DNA of 64,000 nucleotides from contig NC_043006.1 of NCBI RefSeq assembly GCF_006345805.1, positions 53,568,001 through 53,632,000 on the forward strand, written 5' to 3'. The stretch comes from Octopus sinensis. Taxonomy: Eukaryota. Shown here piece after piece: positions 39,910 through 52,686 of the stretch (the stretch's first letter is position 1; the number at the start of each line of letters is the position of its first letter). The position numbers were made by a program, and so were the translations under genes. The notes under the pieces were generated by a model. The model was given only the letters and a program-made list of their open reading frames with translations. It was not told where the DNA came from and ran no database searches.

Positions 39910-40112
39910 TACACAGGAATACCTCAATTTAAAACAAACTGGCTCTGTCTAAACAAAGTGAAAAGAGGTGAATTTTCATAAAAATGATGTTATAAACAAC
40001 AATTATGTTCTCAACTGCAACTATAGCTATGGCCATTCCAAATATGCTAAATGTTGTTAGATCATAAATTTTCCAGTTATTTTGTCATTGAGTATGATTA
40101 TGTCATCAAAAG

Positions 40113-40478
40113 GCGCAGAAGTGGCTGTGTGGTAAGTAGCTTGCTTACCAATTACATGGTTCTGGGTTCAGTCCCACTGCGTGGCACCTTGGGCAAGTGT
40201 CTTCTACTATAGCCCTGGGCCTAGCCTTGTGAGTGGATTTGGTAGACAGAAACTGAAAGAAGCCCGTTGTATATATGTGTGTGTGTGTGTGTTTGTCCCC
40301 CCCCCCCAACATCACTTGACAATCGAGGCTGGTGTGTTTATGTCCCCATATCTTAGCGGTTTGGCAAAAGAGACCAATAGAATAAGTACTAGGCTTATAA
40401 AGAATAAGGACTGGGGTCGATTTGCTCAACTAAAAGTGGTGCTCTAGCATGGCCACAGTCAAATGACAAACAAAAGAG
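40113..40478 (+). mobile_element. SINE family A
   Basis: Same head and tail sequence. Confidence 0.85.
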
Positions 40479-40885
40479 TTATATTTTATTATGGCCTACT
40501 TTTTCCATGCTTGCATATCTATTGTTGAAACATCAGTGTTACAAATCTTTCATTTTACAATTAAATTGTTGATAATTTAAATGTTTCATTAAAAAGTAGA
40601 TAAAATGGATATCATATGAGGGTGTACATACACACACAAGATATCTGTTCCTGTCACTTTATGTTAGTTTCTTATCCCTCAATTCTGTACCCTGCCTTAT
40701 TGAGGGGTTTTGTCTTGCAGATACTTGCAATGCTACAGCAAGAAGCTATAATTCATCACAGATTATTAACATTCACACAGATACACACAAAACACATTTT
40801 AACATCCACTTTTCCAGGCATGCATGAGGCAGATTGTACTTCCTGTCACCAATCCTCACCTGTTTCCAATCAATGTAACATTTCA

Positions 40886-41256
40886 GGCGTAGGAGAGGCT
40901 GTGTGGTAAGTAGTTTGCTTATGAACCACATGGTTCCGGGTTCAGCCCCACTGCATGGCACCTTGGGCAAGTGTCTTCTACTATAGCCTTGGGCCGACCA
41001 AAGCCATGTGAGTGGATTTGGTAGACGGAAACTGAAAGAAGCCCATTGTATATATGTGTGTGTCTGTGTTTGTTCCCCCAACATCGCTTGACAACCGATA
41101 CTGGTGTGTTTACGTCTCTGTAACTTAGCGGTTTGGCAAAAGTGCCCGATAGAATAAGTACTAGGCTTCCATAGAATAAGTCCTGGGGTCGATTTGCTCA
41201 ACTAAAGGCAGTGCTCCAGCATGGCCACAGTCAAATGACTGAAACGAGTAAAAGAG
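40886..41256 (+). mobile_element. SINE family A
   Basis: Same head and tail sequence. Confidence 0.85.
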
Positions 41257-41929
41257 TTGGATAGGTTGCAATAAATTAGAAAGAAACAGTGCCACTCATT
41301 TACAATTTTCACCCAATATTAAGGAATGGAAACACAAACACACACACAAAGAGTGAGAGAGACAATAGGCATCATTCAGTTTCCATTTACCAAATCACCT
41401 CACAAGAATTTGATCAGTCCAGAACTATAATAGATGCCCAGGGTGCCACACAGTGAAACTGAACTTAAAACCATCATTTAACGTCTGCTTTCCATGCTGG
41501 TATGGGTTAGATGGTTTGACTGAAACTGGTAAGCTGCACCAAGTTCCAGTTTGATTTGGCATGGTTTTTACAGCTGGATGCCTTTTCTAACACCAACCAC
41601 TCCAACAGTGTAATGGGTGCCACCAACAGAGGTACCACTTACGTGACACTGACACTGGCCACAAATGCAATTCCACTTGGCTTGGCAAGTCTTCTTCATC
41701 ACAACATATTCATTTCTACTCAAGGCACAAGTCCCGAAATCTTTGGGGAGTGGGCCAGTCAACTAGATCGACCCCAGTATGCAACTGGTACTTAATTTAT
41801 CAACCCCATAAGGATGAAAGGCAAAGTCAACCTCAGCGGAATTTGAACTCAGAACATAAAGACAGACAAAATTATGCGTTTCGCCCAGCGTAATAACGTT
41901 TCTGCCAGCTCAACATATTGCCAAAGGTT

Positions 41930-42320
41930 TCAGTCATTTGTCATCACCTCCTTCAGGCCCAATGTTCAAAGATCAGGCTTCACCACCTCGCTCCATGTCT
42001 TCCTGAGTGTACCTCTACAGTTTGAGATGGCACTAATTTACACAGCTGTCCTTGTCCATATGCATCACATGACCATACCAGCAGTTGTCTCTCTTGCACA
42101 CCACATCTGATACCTCTTATGCCCAGCTTTTCATTCAAGATGCTTACACTATTGAACATGCACACTGTCATTGCACATCCAGCAAAGCATACTAGCTTCA
42201 TTTCTTTCAAGCCTACATATGTCCTCAGCAGTTACAGCCCATGTTTCACTGTTGTGTAGCATGCCTGTTCATACACAGGCATCGTACAGTCTGCGTTTCA
42301 TTCTGGAAACAAGCTTCTTA
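41930..42320 (-). mobile_element. RTE LINE C-terminal fragment
   Basis: LNEKLGIRGIRCGVQERQL frame; similar to 43670-44026. Confidence 0.75.
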
Positions 42321-43634
42321 ACTTCAGTGCCATGCCTGCACCCTATGTATGTATGTTTATTCTTGCATATGTATGTGACAGAGAGAGGGGTGGAGTGGAT
42401 GAGTATATCTGTGTTTCCTTGTCTTGACATTGCATGAGAGTCGTAAATGATTGTCACTGTCATACGAGCAGTGTCGTTCATTTCTAATATTCTGTAAATG
42501 CATGTCTGCTCAAGGGGAAATATTACCTTGCTTGAAAATAGGTGAAGACTGGCAACAAGAAGGATATCTGGCCAAAGAGTATCTGCCTCAATAAACTGTA
42601 CAACCCATGCAAGCATGGAAAAAGGAACATTACATCATGATGATGGTGACACACGCACTCAAGCACAAATGTGTTTGCATCTCCTTGTCTTGATATTGTA
42701 TGATAGTAGTAAATGAGTGTCATCATCATTGCAAGCTTTCACGAAAACATGTCTGGCTATGAGATAAAAAAATACATTGCTTGACAACAGATGAGGGTTA
42801 GTAACAAGCAAGAAGGGCATGAATCCATAGAAAATCATCTCCAACAAATTCCATCTGACCCAAGCAAGTAGATGTTAAACTGATGAGAGATAAATATATA
42901 CATACACAATGGGCTTCTTTCAGTTTCTATCTACTAAATCTACTCACAAGGCTTAGATCAGCTAACAGCGGCCAGGGAAGACATTTGCCCAAAATACCAC
43001 ACAGTTGGGAAGCAAACTTCTTGATTACAAACTCATGCTTGCATCTAAGGTGAATTATAACACACACACACACACAACAGAAGTATGTCATAGGCATAGC
43101 TGTATTTGCATCACTATTTGGTTTTGGGTTCAATCCCAGTAACAGGAATTGATAAATACTAAGAATTCCATCATGTGTTTATGTGTATCTGTGCCTTCAC
43201 TGTTTAAATATTTGAGCAATGCATTAAAACAAAGTTACCATCTATGCCAATGTCTGTGAACCTTCTGCCATAAAAAATAGGTTTGGCCACTGAACTGTTT
43301 AAAGGTCAAGTTGAAATAATAACTAACATGGAAACAAAGTGAGGAAGGGCATCCAGTCATATTAAAAAAACTATCTCTAAGTTTTGTCTGATCCAAGCCA
43401 ACACAAAAAAAAAAAGTGGAGGTTAAAACGATACTTGCCCATACTTGCTTGGGCCAGACAGAGTTTATTGAAGATTTTGCTAATGTTGGATGCCTTTCCT
43501 GTCACTAACCTTCACTTGTTTTTCAAGCAAGGCAAATATTTCTCGTTGGCAATGAAAACAGTAGAATGTAAAGAATATTTTATGTAAAGTAAAAAGAATG
43601 TCAAGATCATTTATGATTAAAAATACTTATTATA

Positions 43635-44520
43635 ATCGTTTCTGAATCCCTTTCACTCGCATTATACTCATGCACACCATTACTTGTATAAATGATTGCC
43701 AATTCAAAAGCATTCGTAGATGGACTTTTCCACTCAAGATTGTAAGTGCCTTGAGAGAAAAGTTGGACCTAAGAAGCATCAGATGTGGTGTGCAAGAGAG
43801 GCGTCTACGCTGGTATGGACACATAGTAAGAATGGATGAAGATAGTTGTGTGAAAAAGAGCCACACCCTGGCGGTTGAGGGAACCTGTGGAAGAGGCAGA
43901 CCCAGGAAAACCTGGGACGAGGTGGTGAAGAACGACCTTCGCTCTTTAGGTCTCACCGAGGAAATGACCAGAGACCGAGACCTTTGGAAGTATGCTGTGT
44001 GCAAGAAGACCCGGCTGGACAAGTGAGCCCATAACCCATAGCCCCCACCTGGGACGTAGTCAGTCCACCTATGCATACCTTCCTTCTTGGGTCACATAAC
44101 TCTACTTGTGAAGACCTGTTGAGGCAAGTGAAAATGGACAAAATGGACAAAATCAAAAGCAAATTCGGTGAACATTAATGGAATTTGTAGTTTTGTGGTA
44201 CCAGTGCCGGTGGCACATACGAAAACCATCCAAACGTGGCCGTAGCCAGTACCGCATTGACTGGCCTCCGTGCCGGTGGCACGTAAAAAACACCATCCGA
44301 GCGTAGCCATTCGCCAGCCTCGTCTGGCATTTGTGTCGGTGGCACATAAAAATCACCCACTACACTCTCGGAGTGGTTGGCGTTAGGAAGGGCATCCAGC
44401 TGTAGAAACACTGCCAGATCTGACTGGCCTGGTGCAGCCTTCAGGCTTCCCAGACCCCAGTTGAACCGTCCAACCCATACTAGCATGGAAAGCAGACGTT
44501 AAACGATGATGATGATGATG
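43635..44520 (+). mobile_element. 5'-truncated RTE LINE 3' end
   Basis: RRLRWYGHIVRMDED...GRGRPRKTWDEVV...DRDLW; 3' UTR tandem units; (GAT)n tail. Confidence 0.9.
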
Positions 44521-45734
44521 ATTTCTTTTTGAAAAACAAGTCTATTGTTGATTGCTGAGAAGCTTTTTTTTTTTTTGCTTTCTACAAATTTCTCAGTAAC
44601 ATGCAAGAACATTGATCATGGTAGAAGAAACTTTTGCACTTCGTTCAAAATTTGGATCTTGTGCTTCAAAAAACTCCTAAACCCAAGTCCTTGTAAAGTG
44701 AGGTATGACTGAATATAGCACAAGGATAAAGTAAGAAAAAATATGCACATGCATATTTGTGTGAATACTAGGACATCTGGGCTGATAGCTATCTATGGTA
44801 GTTATTGTCTGATACTGCATATCACATGCATCACAGTGATGTCTTCAAATCAACAATGAAGTAATCACATCCTGGCAAGTTAAGATCTACCCTAATCAAA
44901 ACCAAGCTACAAGCATTTCTCCACCAAAAAAATACTTAGAAACAAGGAGGAACCAATGATACTTGGACATTACACTGAATTAACTATTTGAATATATGAC
45001 ATTAAAAATATCATACTCAACATCAGATGTATTTTGGAGACTGTACCACAATGGAAAATGAAGACCACTCAACTACACTGATATTATTAGCAGAAGAACA
45101 TCAAACTGAGAGTCTACCAAAGCTAATGGTAGACACATTCCTAGCATAACATAATGAAGTGCACCTCAGCTTGTAGATGACTTGCATGTATATGTGTGAA
45201 ACAAGAGAACCAGATCAAATATATAAAGAGTATTGCAATTCAAGTTACTTTGAAGAGTTCAGCAGCTAGTCTGAAGAGAAACCTTAGTCCTTGAGATGCA
45301 GCTTTTGGCTATGAGACTTCCTGACCCTCAGGAGGCAGCTTATAAATGGTACATTTTCATCACACATATCTCACCATGTCCTACAAATACACACACATAC
45401 CTAATGGCTAGATTTAGGTACAGGATCACAATCCCTATCAATTTTCCCAGTACAAGCATCATCATCATCATTTAACATCCGCTTTTCATGCTAGCATGGG
45501 TTGGACGATTTTGACTGAGGGCTGGCGAACCGGATGGCTGCACTAGGCTCCAATCTTGATCTGGCAGAGTTTCTACAGCTGGATGTCCTTCCTAATGCCA
45601 ACCACTCCGAGAGTGTAGTGGGTGCTTTTTACGTGCCACCGTATTATTAGGGATAATATAATACTGCTAACAGCATACAACAGATGTGAGCAAATTACAT
45701 ACAAGAGAATACAGAAAAAGAAAATAAGTCTTAC

Positions 45735-45850
45735 TTGAAACACAAACATGTGTCGTCCACCAGGAACAGGTCCAACAAGAACTGAATCGAGCACTTGGTC
45801 ATAGTCCATGCTTTCTGCAGAGCCAACATAGATGATTTTCCACTCAAGAT
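45735..45850 (-). CDS. ASF1: ASF1 coding exon 2 ([39 protein letters not shown])
   Basis: ttag|AT acceptor, CAA|gtaag donor; 116 nt; canonical ASF1 core. Confidence 0.97.
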
Positions 45851-46229
45851 CTAATAAACATAACAAAACAATAGATGAAAAACTAAGATAAATTCATCAG
45901 AATTATTGACCCTGAAATGATAAAAAAATGAAGTTGACCACAAAAGGCTTAACTATATATCACAAAGTACAATATGTTTCTGATTGAAAAACAAAGTCAG
46001 AAATTTTGAAGCAAGTAGTTGGTCAAAACTATCAACTCAAGTATTTTACTGCTTCTTATCAATTCCACAAGGATTAGTTGACTTTGCACTGCTAGGAGTC
46101 ATATCGCTGTACACTAACGTCGTGAATAATTGAACAAGTGAAGCACAACTACAAGGTAAGACATTTGTTTTTTGGGGATTCAGTGATGGTTTGTTGCTTG
46201 TGTTTATTTTTGTCAAACAAGAAATCTCC

Positions 46230-46915
46230 ACTGAGTTCCATGCATTTGTCTGCCTGTAGTTGTGTTTAAAGTCTCACTTAGCAGTGAGAAGTGAGTTTTG
46301 GGGGAATACCCCTCCTAAAATTGTGCTTATTTTTTTTACCATTTTTTGCTGAAATTGTTGTGTGACCGTTTTGTGCCCTTACCAAGAGGATTACCGAGTT
46401 GTCCAGAATAACTTGCTGTGTTTTTTTCAACTGCTTCTTGTCTTCTTTCTTCCTGCTTGCATTTGTGTTTTTTTTTTTATTTGGTGAACTTTTACAAAAA
46501 AAAAAATGGCAAAAAAGACAAACACTGCATTGGAGTGGGAGATTGTCCCACCCAAACAGTGGATGAAAGACTTTGGAGAGGATGCTGGTGTTAAGGACTT
46601 ATTCGAAGTTGCTCGACACCATCGCCCTCTTTCAAAAGACTCAAATTGAAAAAGAGATAGCAGAGTATTTGCCAACTATTAAATTCATCTTCAGGGGGGT
46701 CAAATATGCAATGGTTGCAAGTTGGCACCTCTGAGGAGACTCACAAATTTGGAAGCCAGCCTTTAGAGGGCAAAAAGATTTTGTTTCTTCCCACACATGG
46801 TGGGAGAAAGTTGACAAGAGCTTGGGTCTGCGGGTTGCCTCCCGGGAGATAGAACCTGAGTGGATAGAGGACACTATCCGCCAGGGTCTGGGTGACAGTG
46901 GATCCAAACTGCTTC
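46230..46915 (+). mobile_element. Probable L1/Tx1-like 5' UTR plus ORF1 remnant
   Basis: Stop-interrupted frame LRTYSKLLDTIALFQKTQIEKEIAEYLPTIKFIFRGVKYAMV...LRVASREIEPEWI; family assignment from memory only. Confidence 0.4.
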
Positions 46916-46949
46916 TATCTATGTAATGTCTTTATGGCAAATTTGATGA

Positions 46950-47290
46950 AATAAAGAAGCTTGCTTCCCAACCACATGGTTCTGGGTTCAGTCCCACTGT
47001 GTGGAGCTTGGGCAAGTGTCTTCTACTATAACCTCAGATCGACCAAAGCCTTGTCAGTGAATTTAGTAGACAGAAACTGAAAGAAGCCCATCATATATGT
47101 GTGTCTTTGTTAGTGCTTGTCCCCCACCACTGCTTGACAACCAGTGTCAGTGTGTTTACGTTCCTGTAACTTAACAGTTCAGCAAGAGATCAAGAGAATA
47201 GGCATCAGGCTTTAAAATAAAAACATACCAGGTCTGATTCATTTGACAAAAAATTCAAAGCAATGACCTGGCATGGCTGCAGTCTTAATG
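46950..47290 (+). mobile_element. SINE family A, 5'-truncated
   Basis: Same body sequence. Confidence 0.75.
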
Positions 47291-47423
47291 ACAAACAATA
47301 TAAAAAATACAAATCTCTCTCTCTTTTTCTTGTTTCTTCCTTATTCCATTTTTGGTACTTAATGTAAAAAAGGTAAAGTATATATGGCCGTATCTGTGGT
47401 AACTGAAAGACAATGCAATATTA

Positions 47424-47800
47424 GTTGCTGGCAGAAACGTTAGCATACTGGGTGAAATGCTTAGTGGTATTTTGTCTGTCGTTACGTTCTGAGTTCAAAT
47501 TCCACCGAGGTCGACTTTGCCTTTCATCCTTTTGGGGTCAATTAAGTAAGCACCAGTTACGCACTGGGGTCGATATAATCGACTTAATCCGGTTGTCCTT
47601 TCTCTGTTTAGCCCCTTGTGGGTAGTAAAGAAATAGGTATTTCGTCTGTCTTTACCTTCTGAGTTCAAATTCTGCTGAGGTTGATTTTGCCTTTCATCCT
47701 TTCGGAGTCGATAAATTAAGTACCAGTTGCATACTGGGGTCGATCTAATTGACTGATCCCTTCCCCTAAAATTTCGAGCCTTGTGCCTAGAGTAGAAAAG
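47424..47800 (+). mobile_element. SINE family B with internal duplication
   Basis: Same architecture as 23122-23510. Confidence 0.75.
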
Positions 47801-49830
47801 AATATTTGTTGCTGGCTAAAGTATTTTCCCTATGTGAAATATTTCCATAACTTCACATAAAAGAAGGCCATCACATTCAGCCAACAAAGGGCACTATAAG
47901 GTTTATTTGAGCTGCTAGATATAGCAAAAAAAAAAAAAAAAACTTCCATCAAATCATACCTTATCTTAAGAAATGGAATATACAATGATTAATATAATTC
48001 CTAATATATTTCTGAAAATAAGACAGGGTGATTGCAGCAAGAATGTTCAGGGTTTTTTTTTTATATATATAGGTCTTCTGGATCAGAGTTGATTCCAAGA
48101 ATTAAGTGACTCCTTTAGCAGAGTTCCCACTAGTTACCAATATTCACACAAGACCTTCTCCAGTTCTCATTTTACCAAAGTCTTTCCCTTCATTTATGCA
48201 AAATGATATCTCACACTCGTCTTAGATTACAATAGTTATGGGCATGTTCCTTCTTCTCTGACATCATATATTTTTCACATATACACCCAAAATACAGCAT
48301 TAGTTTTTATCATGGTTTTTTTAAGACCAAATGATGAGGTTTGATATTTCAGAAGTCACACAAGATACCTTTCTTCAGTCATCTCCAACACAGTTAACTC
48401 CAGCATTAAGATACTTCACACTACAATCAGGATAAAAGCTATGTATGTTCACAGCATTTAGATTTATACTAGGTGAGATTATCATTCACTGAAGAGAGGA
48501 GAATGGTTTTTCTGTTTCACTTTTTAGGAGATAGGTTTATGTAAGATTATTGGTGTATCAGAAAGCTAACTGGGATAGGTATGCGATGAAGAAGAAAAAA
48601 AATGACAAAATACGAATCAACACTCTCCCGCAAAATTTGAGGCCTTAGTGCCTGTGTTAGATTATTATGAGGCTTCTATACACCCGGGAAACAATTGTGG
48701 ACAGGTTTTGGTTATATTGGATCTCCTTAGCGAAGCACAGGCTATACTGTACTGTATTTCAGTAAATTCAATCAGGTACATCGTCTTTAATTATAACAAC
48801 GGTTCCATGACGAAGAAATAATTTAAATAGACTTCTGGCATAATTTACTGAAAAAAAATTGTAATCTTTGAAGCTAATACTTCAGATATAAGGTGTATTG
48901 TTTGAAAAGTGTTGTTTCTAAACAAATCTGTAAAACCACGTACCGAAATTTTTGTGAGTATAACAGTTCGGCCTTAGTAAAGATTTTAGAATTCGATTAT
49001 ACATATACGCTGTCATGGTAACAAGATTCTTTCATAAAATTATTTCTAGTAGTTACTTTTTCAGTCATTCATACTTTAACTTAACTGGTGCAATTTTTGT
49101 GGAATAAGACGTCCCAAACATTCAAAGTATGACCATGGAAAAAAAAAAAGTTAAGAAACTGGCCACATACTTTAAATAACTTGGTCGACACAACTAACTC
49201 AGAAATCCTCACCAATAACATTTTTTTTTCTTTTATTGCAGAGACTTAGTATAAAAAAGTCAAATGAAATAACTTTCTATACCTTTTAAGAGTTTCTCAT
49301 AAGAGAAAAAAAAAAGCATTATAAGAAAAAAATCACGACAAACTAGGTATAAAAGTGCGCGACGTTATATATACATATAAGAGCAAGCTAAAAAAAAATT
49401 CCTTTCCCATAGAAGTTAAATAGGCTTGTGATTTGAAAACTACTTAAAAGCTATATTTAATTTAAATACATATAGTTAGTTACTCCTAATTTTAAAATAC
49501 TAATGAAGTTTATAAGTATTTTCTCGGAGGAAATATAACAATTTCAGACTGAAAGAAAGAAGTTTCATTATACACCAAATTATATTTAATCAGTTGAGAA
49601 CATCATACATTTAAAGACGGATATTAAATAGAATATAGAATAAACTGTCATGGAAAAAAAAAATCAAACTTTAAGTTTCTTTTAAAATAACACCTCTCCT
49701 TGTTTGTTTCGCTTTAAAAAAATCGATTTCAGGTAAAGTGGAACTCAATACGAATAGATTGAACTTCGATAATTTCGCTGAACAAAGAGATTTGTAAAGG
49801 ATGAAGAAGAAATAGTAATTCCATTCTCAC

Positions 49831-49939
49831 CTTCTGGCAAGTCTTCCAAACACTCAAACGTGATTTCGAATTGGAACGGATTCAAAAAAGGTGAAGGATT
49901 ATCTAGGACGACCACATTGCTAATGTTAACTTTGGCCAT
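49831..49939 (-). CDS. ASF1: Histone chaperone ASF1, coding exon 1 (MAKVNISNVVVLDNPSPFLNPFQFEITFECLEDLPE)
   Basis: ATG at 49939; G|gtgag donor; 109 nt; canonical ASF1 N-terminus. Confidence 0.97.
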
Positions 49940-50099
49940 GATGAATTTGTGGTGAGACTGGAGCAATTAGAAACCTCGCCGACACAATGGTGGTGAGAAA
50001 GAAAGGAAGAAAAAAAAGGCAATAATATTCGATAGACTATATTTACATAAAGACTTGGTGGAGAGGAAAATAACTCTTCAACTCTGTAAAATAGGGGGG

Positions 50100-50290
50100 A
50101 ATGCGCCGCTTTGAAGAAAATGGCGCGAAAAGATGATCCAAAGCTTCTCCCCCTCCTCCTCTTCTCACTAGAAGAAGGAAAGAACAAGACGAAAAGCAAA
50201 ACATCCTAAGTGATATGTGTATATATAAACTGTTGTTTCATTGGCTGATAGTACTAGAAGTGAAACTAAAATTCATTCTGATTGGATGGT
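50100..50290 (-). promoter_or_regulatory. ASF1 proximal promoter / 5' region with E2F site, CHR-like TTTGAA and two CCAAT boxes
   Basis: TTTCGCGC on - at 50123-50130; TTTGAA at 50110-50115; CCAAT on - at 50240-50244 and 50281-50285; 170-350 bp upstream of the ATG. Confidence 0.6.
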
Positions 50291-50799
50291 AGTTTTGCCA
50301 CTGTGTTAAGAAGAAATATAAAAATTTTACTAATTGTTTCAAATTTTGGCACAAGACCAGTAATTTTCGAGGGAGAGGGCTAGCCGACTATATAGATCCC
50401 AGTACTTGACTGGGACTTTATTTTTGTCAACACAGAAAGTATAAGAGATACAGTTGACCTCGACGGTACATCAACTCAGAATGTAAATGAGCCGGGAGAA
50501 ATGCTACTAAGTATTTCATCCGAGGTGCTTAATATTTTTTAAACATATGCAAAGTGATAAAAAATTTTTACTGGGAGGTGTACGGGTGCTTATTGACTCT
50601 ATACTTTACTAGTCCTTAATTCTATCGAGCCAAGAAAAATGAATGATAAAGTCATCTTTGGTGAGGTTTGAACTGAGAATGGGAAGGGACATAATTTAAA
50701 TACCCCTAGGCATTTTTGATGATAATAATAATTCATGAAAGAGCATAAAACCTGTTTTTTGTGTGTGTGGTGGAAGATGGTTGAAATTGTGTGTGTATT

Positions 50800-51210
50800 A
50801 TTGACGTCATAGAACGCCTGCCGTGATTACAGATGTGGGTTCGAGTCCCAAATGGAGCCTTCGACTTTTTCTATCCAAAATGTCTTTTAAACCCAATATT
50901 TTACACGTTACTTTTTATAGTTTTTCTGCTTCAAAATCCAACATTCCAAACAAGAATTATATGTATATCGGCTGATCCAGATGACTGGAGTTTCTCCGGC
51001 GTCCGGTCGGTTCATCGGACAGACTAAACTGGATCAGTTACATACGGACAGGTGCACACGCGCTCACACATATACATAGGTATGTTGGTAGTGCGTGTAC
51101 GTGTTAGGATACCATGTCAATTTCCGCTGTGTCAGCACCATTGGAAGTTGACAAGTTACTATGTATCAACTTCCGCTTCGTCGTCATCACCGGAAGTTGA
51201 TATAGTGGAC
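50800..51210. promoter_or_regulatory. CpG-rich putative second/divergent promoter region
   Basis: CRE palindrome TGACGTCA at 50802-50809; ETS-type GGAAG sites in inverted arrangement at 51164-51202; locally raised CpG content. Confidence 0.4.
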
Positions 51211-52400
51211 TTGGTTGTTGTTGCTTTTTAAATACATTCTCCTTTCCTACGCTAACGTTTGGAAATCGTTCCGAGTAACTTCATTGCATTTATAAACGTA
51301 TTTTGCCCCCCAAAAAACAACCAGATCCAATTGTAAAGGTGTTTCTATCACTATTATGATATTAATTTGCTTGTGCCGTCTCTTGAACATAAATTGAAGT
51401 TCGTTGTTGGATTTAAAAGTGACAGCAAACCACACTACAAACCACATCAGTTTCATATCTCTTTCAGGTTGGTTATTCATGCTTCCTTTCTATATATCTT
51501 TATATTCTTGTGTAATCGAAGTAGGTGTTGCCTCCCAATTTTTTTCTTTCGTAGTTCTCTTTCTGTGGATGTTTTCAGTACTAACACCTAACAAAATGGT
51601 TTTCCAAACAAGAACACCTGTGAGATCATAACACCTGTTAGAAATAACAGTCAAATCACCCTCAAACGAGTCCCTACGGTCTTTAAAAAGAAAAACAGCC
51701 CATTGTATAATGAACCCATACTGTCTTAAACTAATACACCGAAGGGCATGATTAGGAGATATTATGTTGCTCGCCTCCACCCGACGAGAACAGAGAGCTG
51801 CCCTTGGACTAAACTAGAGATATATTCTGTATTATATATTTGTTATACAGATAGATAGCATAAGCCAGTGAATGGGCCCCTACGCAATTACATGATCTTA
51901 CAACCAAATCACCCCCAGGTCTTTAAAAGGAAGAGCTTTTTCAATAATGTGGATTGTCAAGGTGGGAAAACGTTTGGTCATATATCTGTTGGATCAGGGC
52001 TGACCCGGAACTAACTATAACAATAACAACACTAGCAACAACAAAATAGACTATCATAAATTAAAATGCAACCCAGAAAAGCTTTATTTCGAAGGTGTAA
52101 CCAGTGAACCATATTCTTACCTTTTATATCATATTTACATAATTATTTCTTGGTCGAGAATTTCCTTTGCAACTTCTGTTCATTATGCTGCTTCGTTTTT
52201 CTTTTGATATGTTTTATCGCTTTAAAATTTTAATAAATCCTCAAAAGAAAAAAATACGCTTCATTAGTATTTCTGTTTTCCTATCATTGAGTACTAAGCT
52301 ATACATTTTGCTGGGAGTGTGTGAACTCCTTCCAGTACATGATTGGTACTTTATCTCCCACCCCTAGGAATATGAAAACTAAAGTCGATACCGTTGGGAT

Positions 52401-52686
52401 TTGAGTAACAGAAAACACAGGAGGATTAAATCAACATATTCCCCTCTCAGATTCACACACTAATTGCAGCGGTCCTTCAGTTTTTCCAAGCTCTGTAAAC
52501 AAACTCGGAAGGTTGGGCTTCCAACCAGGCCTTTCGCGACACCCTTAAAGCCAGGAACATTTCAGCACCCCCTCGCATATATATATATATACACGGCTTG
52601 GAAAAACTGAAGGACCGCTGCAATTAGAGTGTGAATCTGATAGGGGAATATGTTGATTTAATCCTCCTGTATTTTCTGTTACTCAA
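52401..52686. repeat. Fold-back repeat with about 90-bp arms
   Basis: 52401-52489 and 52595-52686 are near-perfect reverse complements. Confidence 0.8.

Noticed and set aside
50811-50862. Functional tRNA gene
   Set aside because: No 5' acceptor strand or D-arm; kept only as a fragment.
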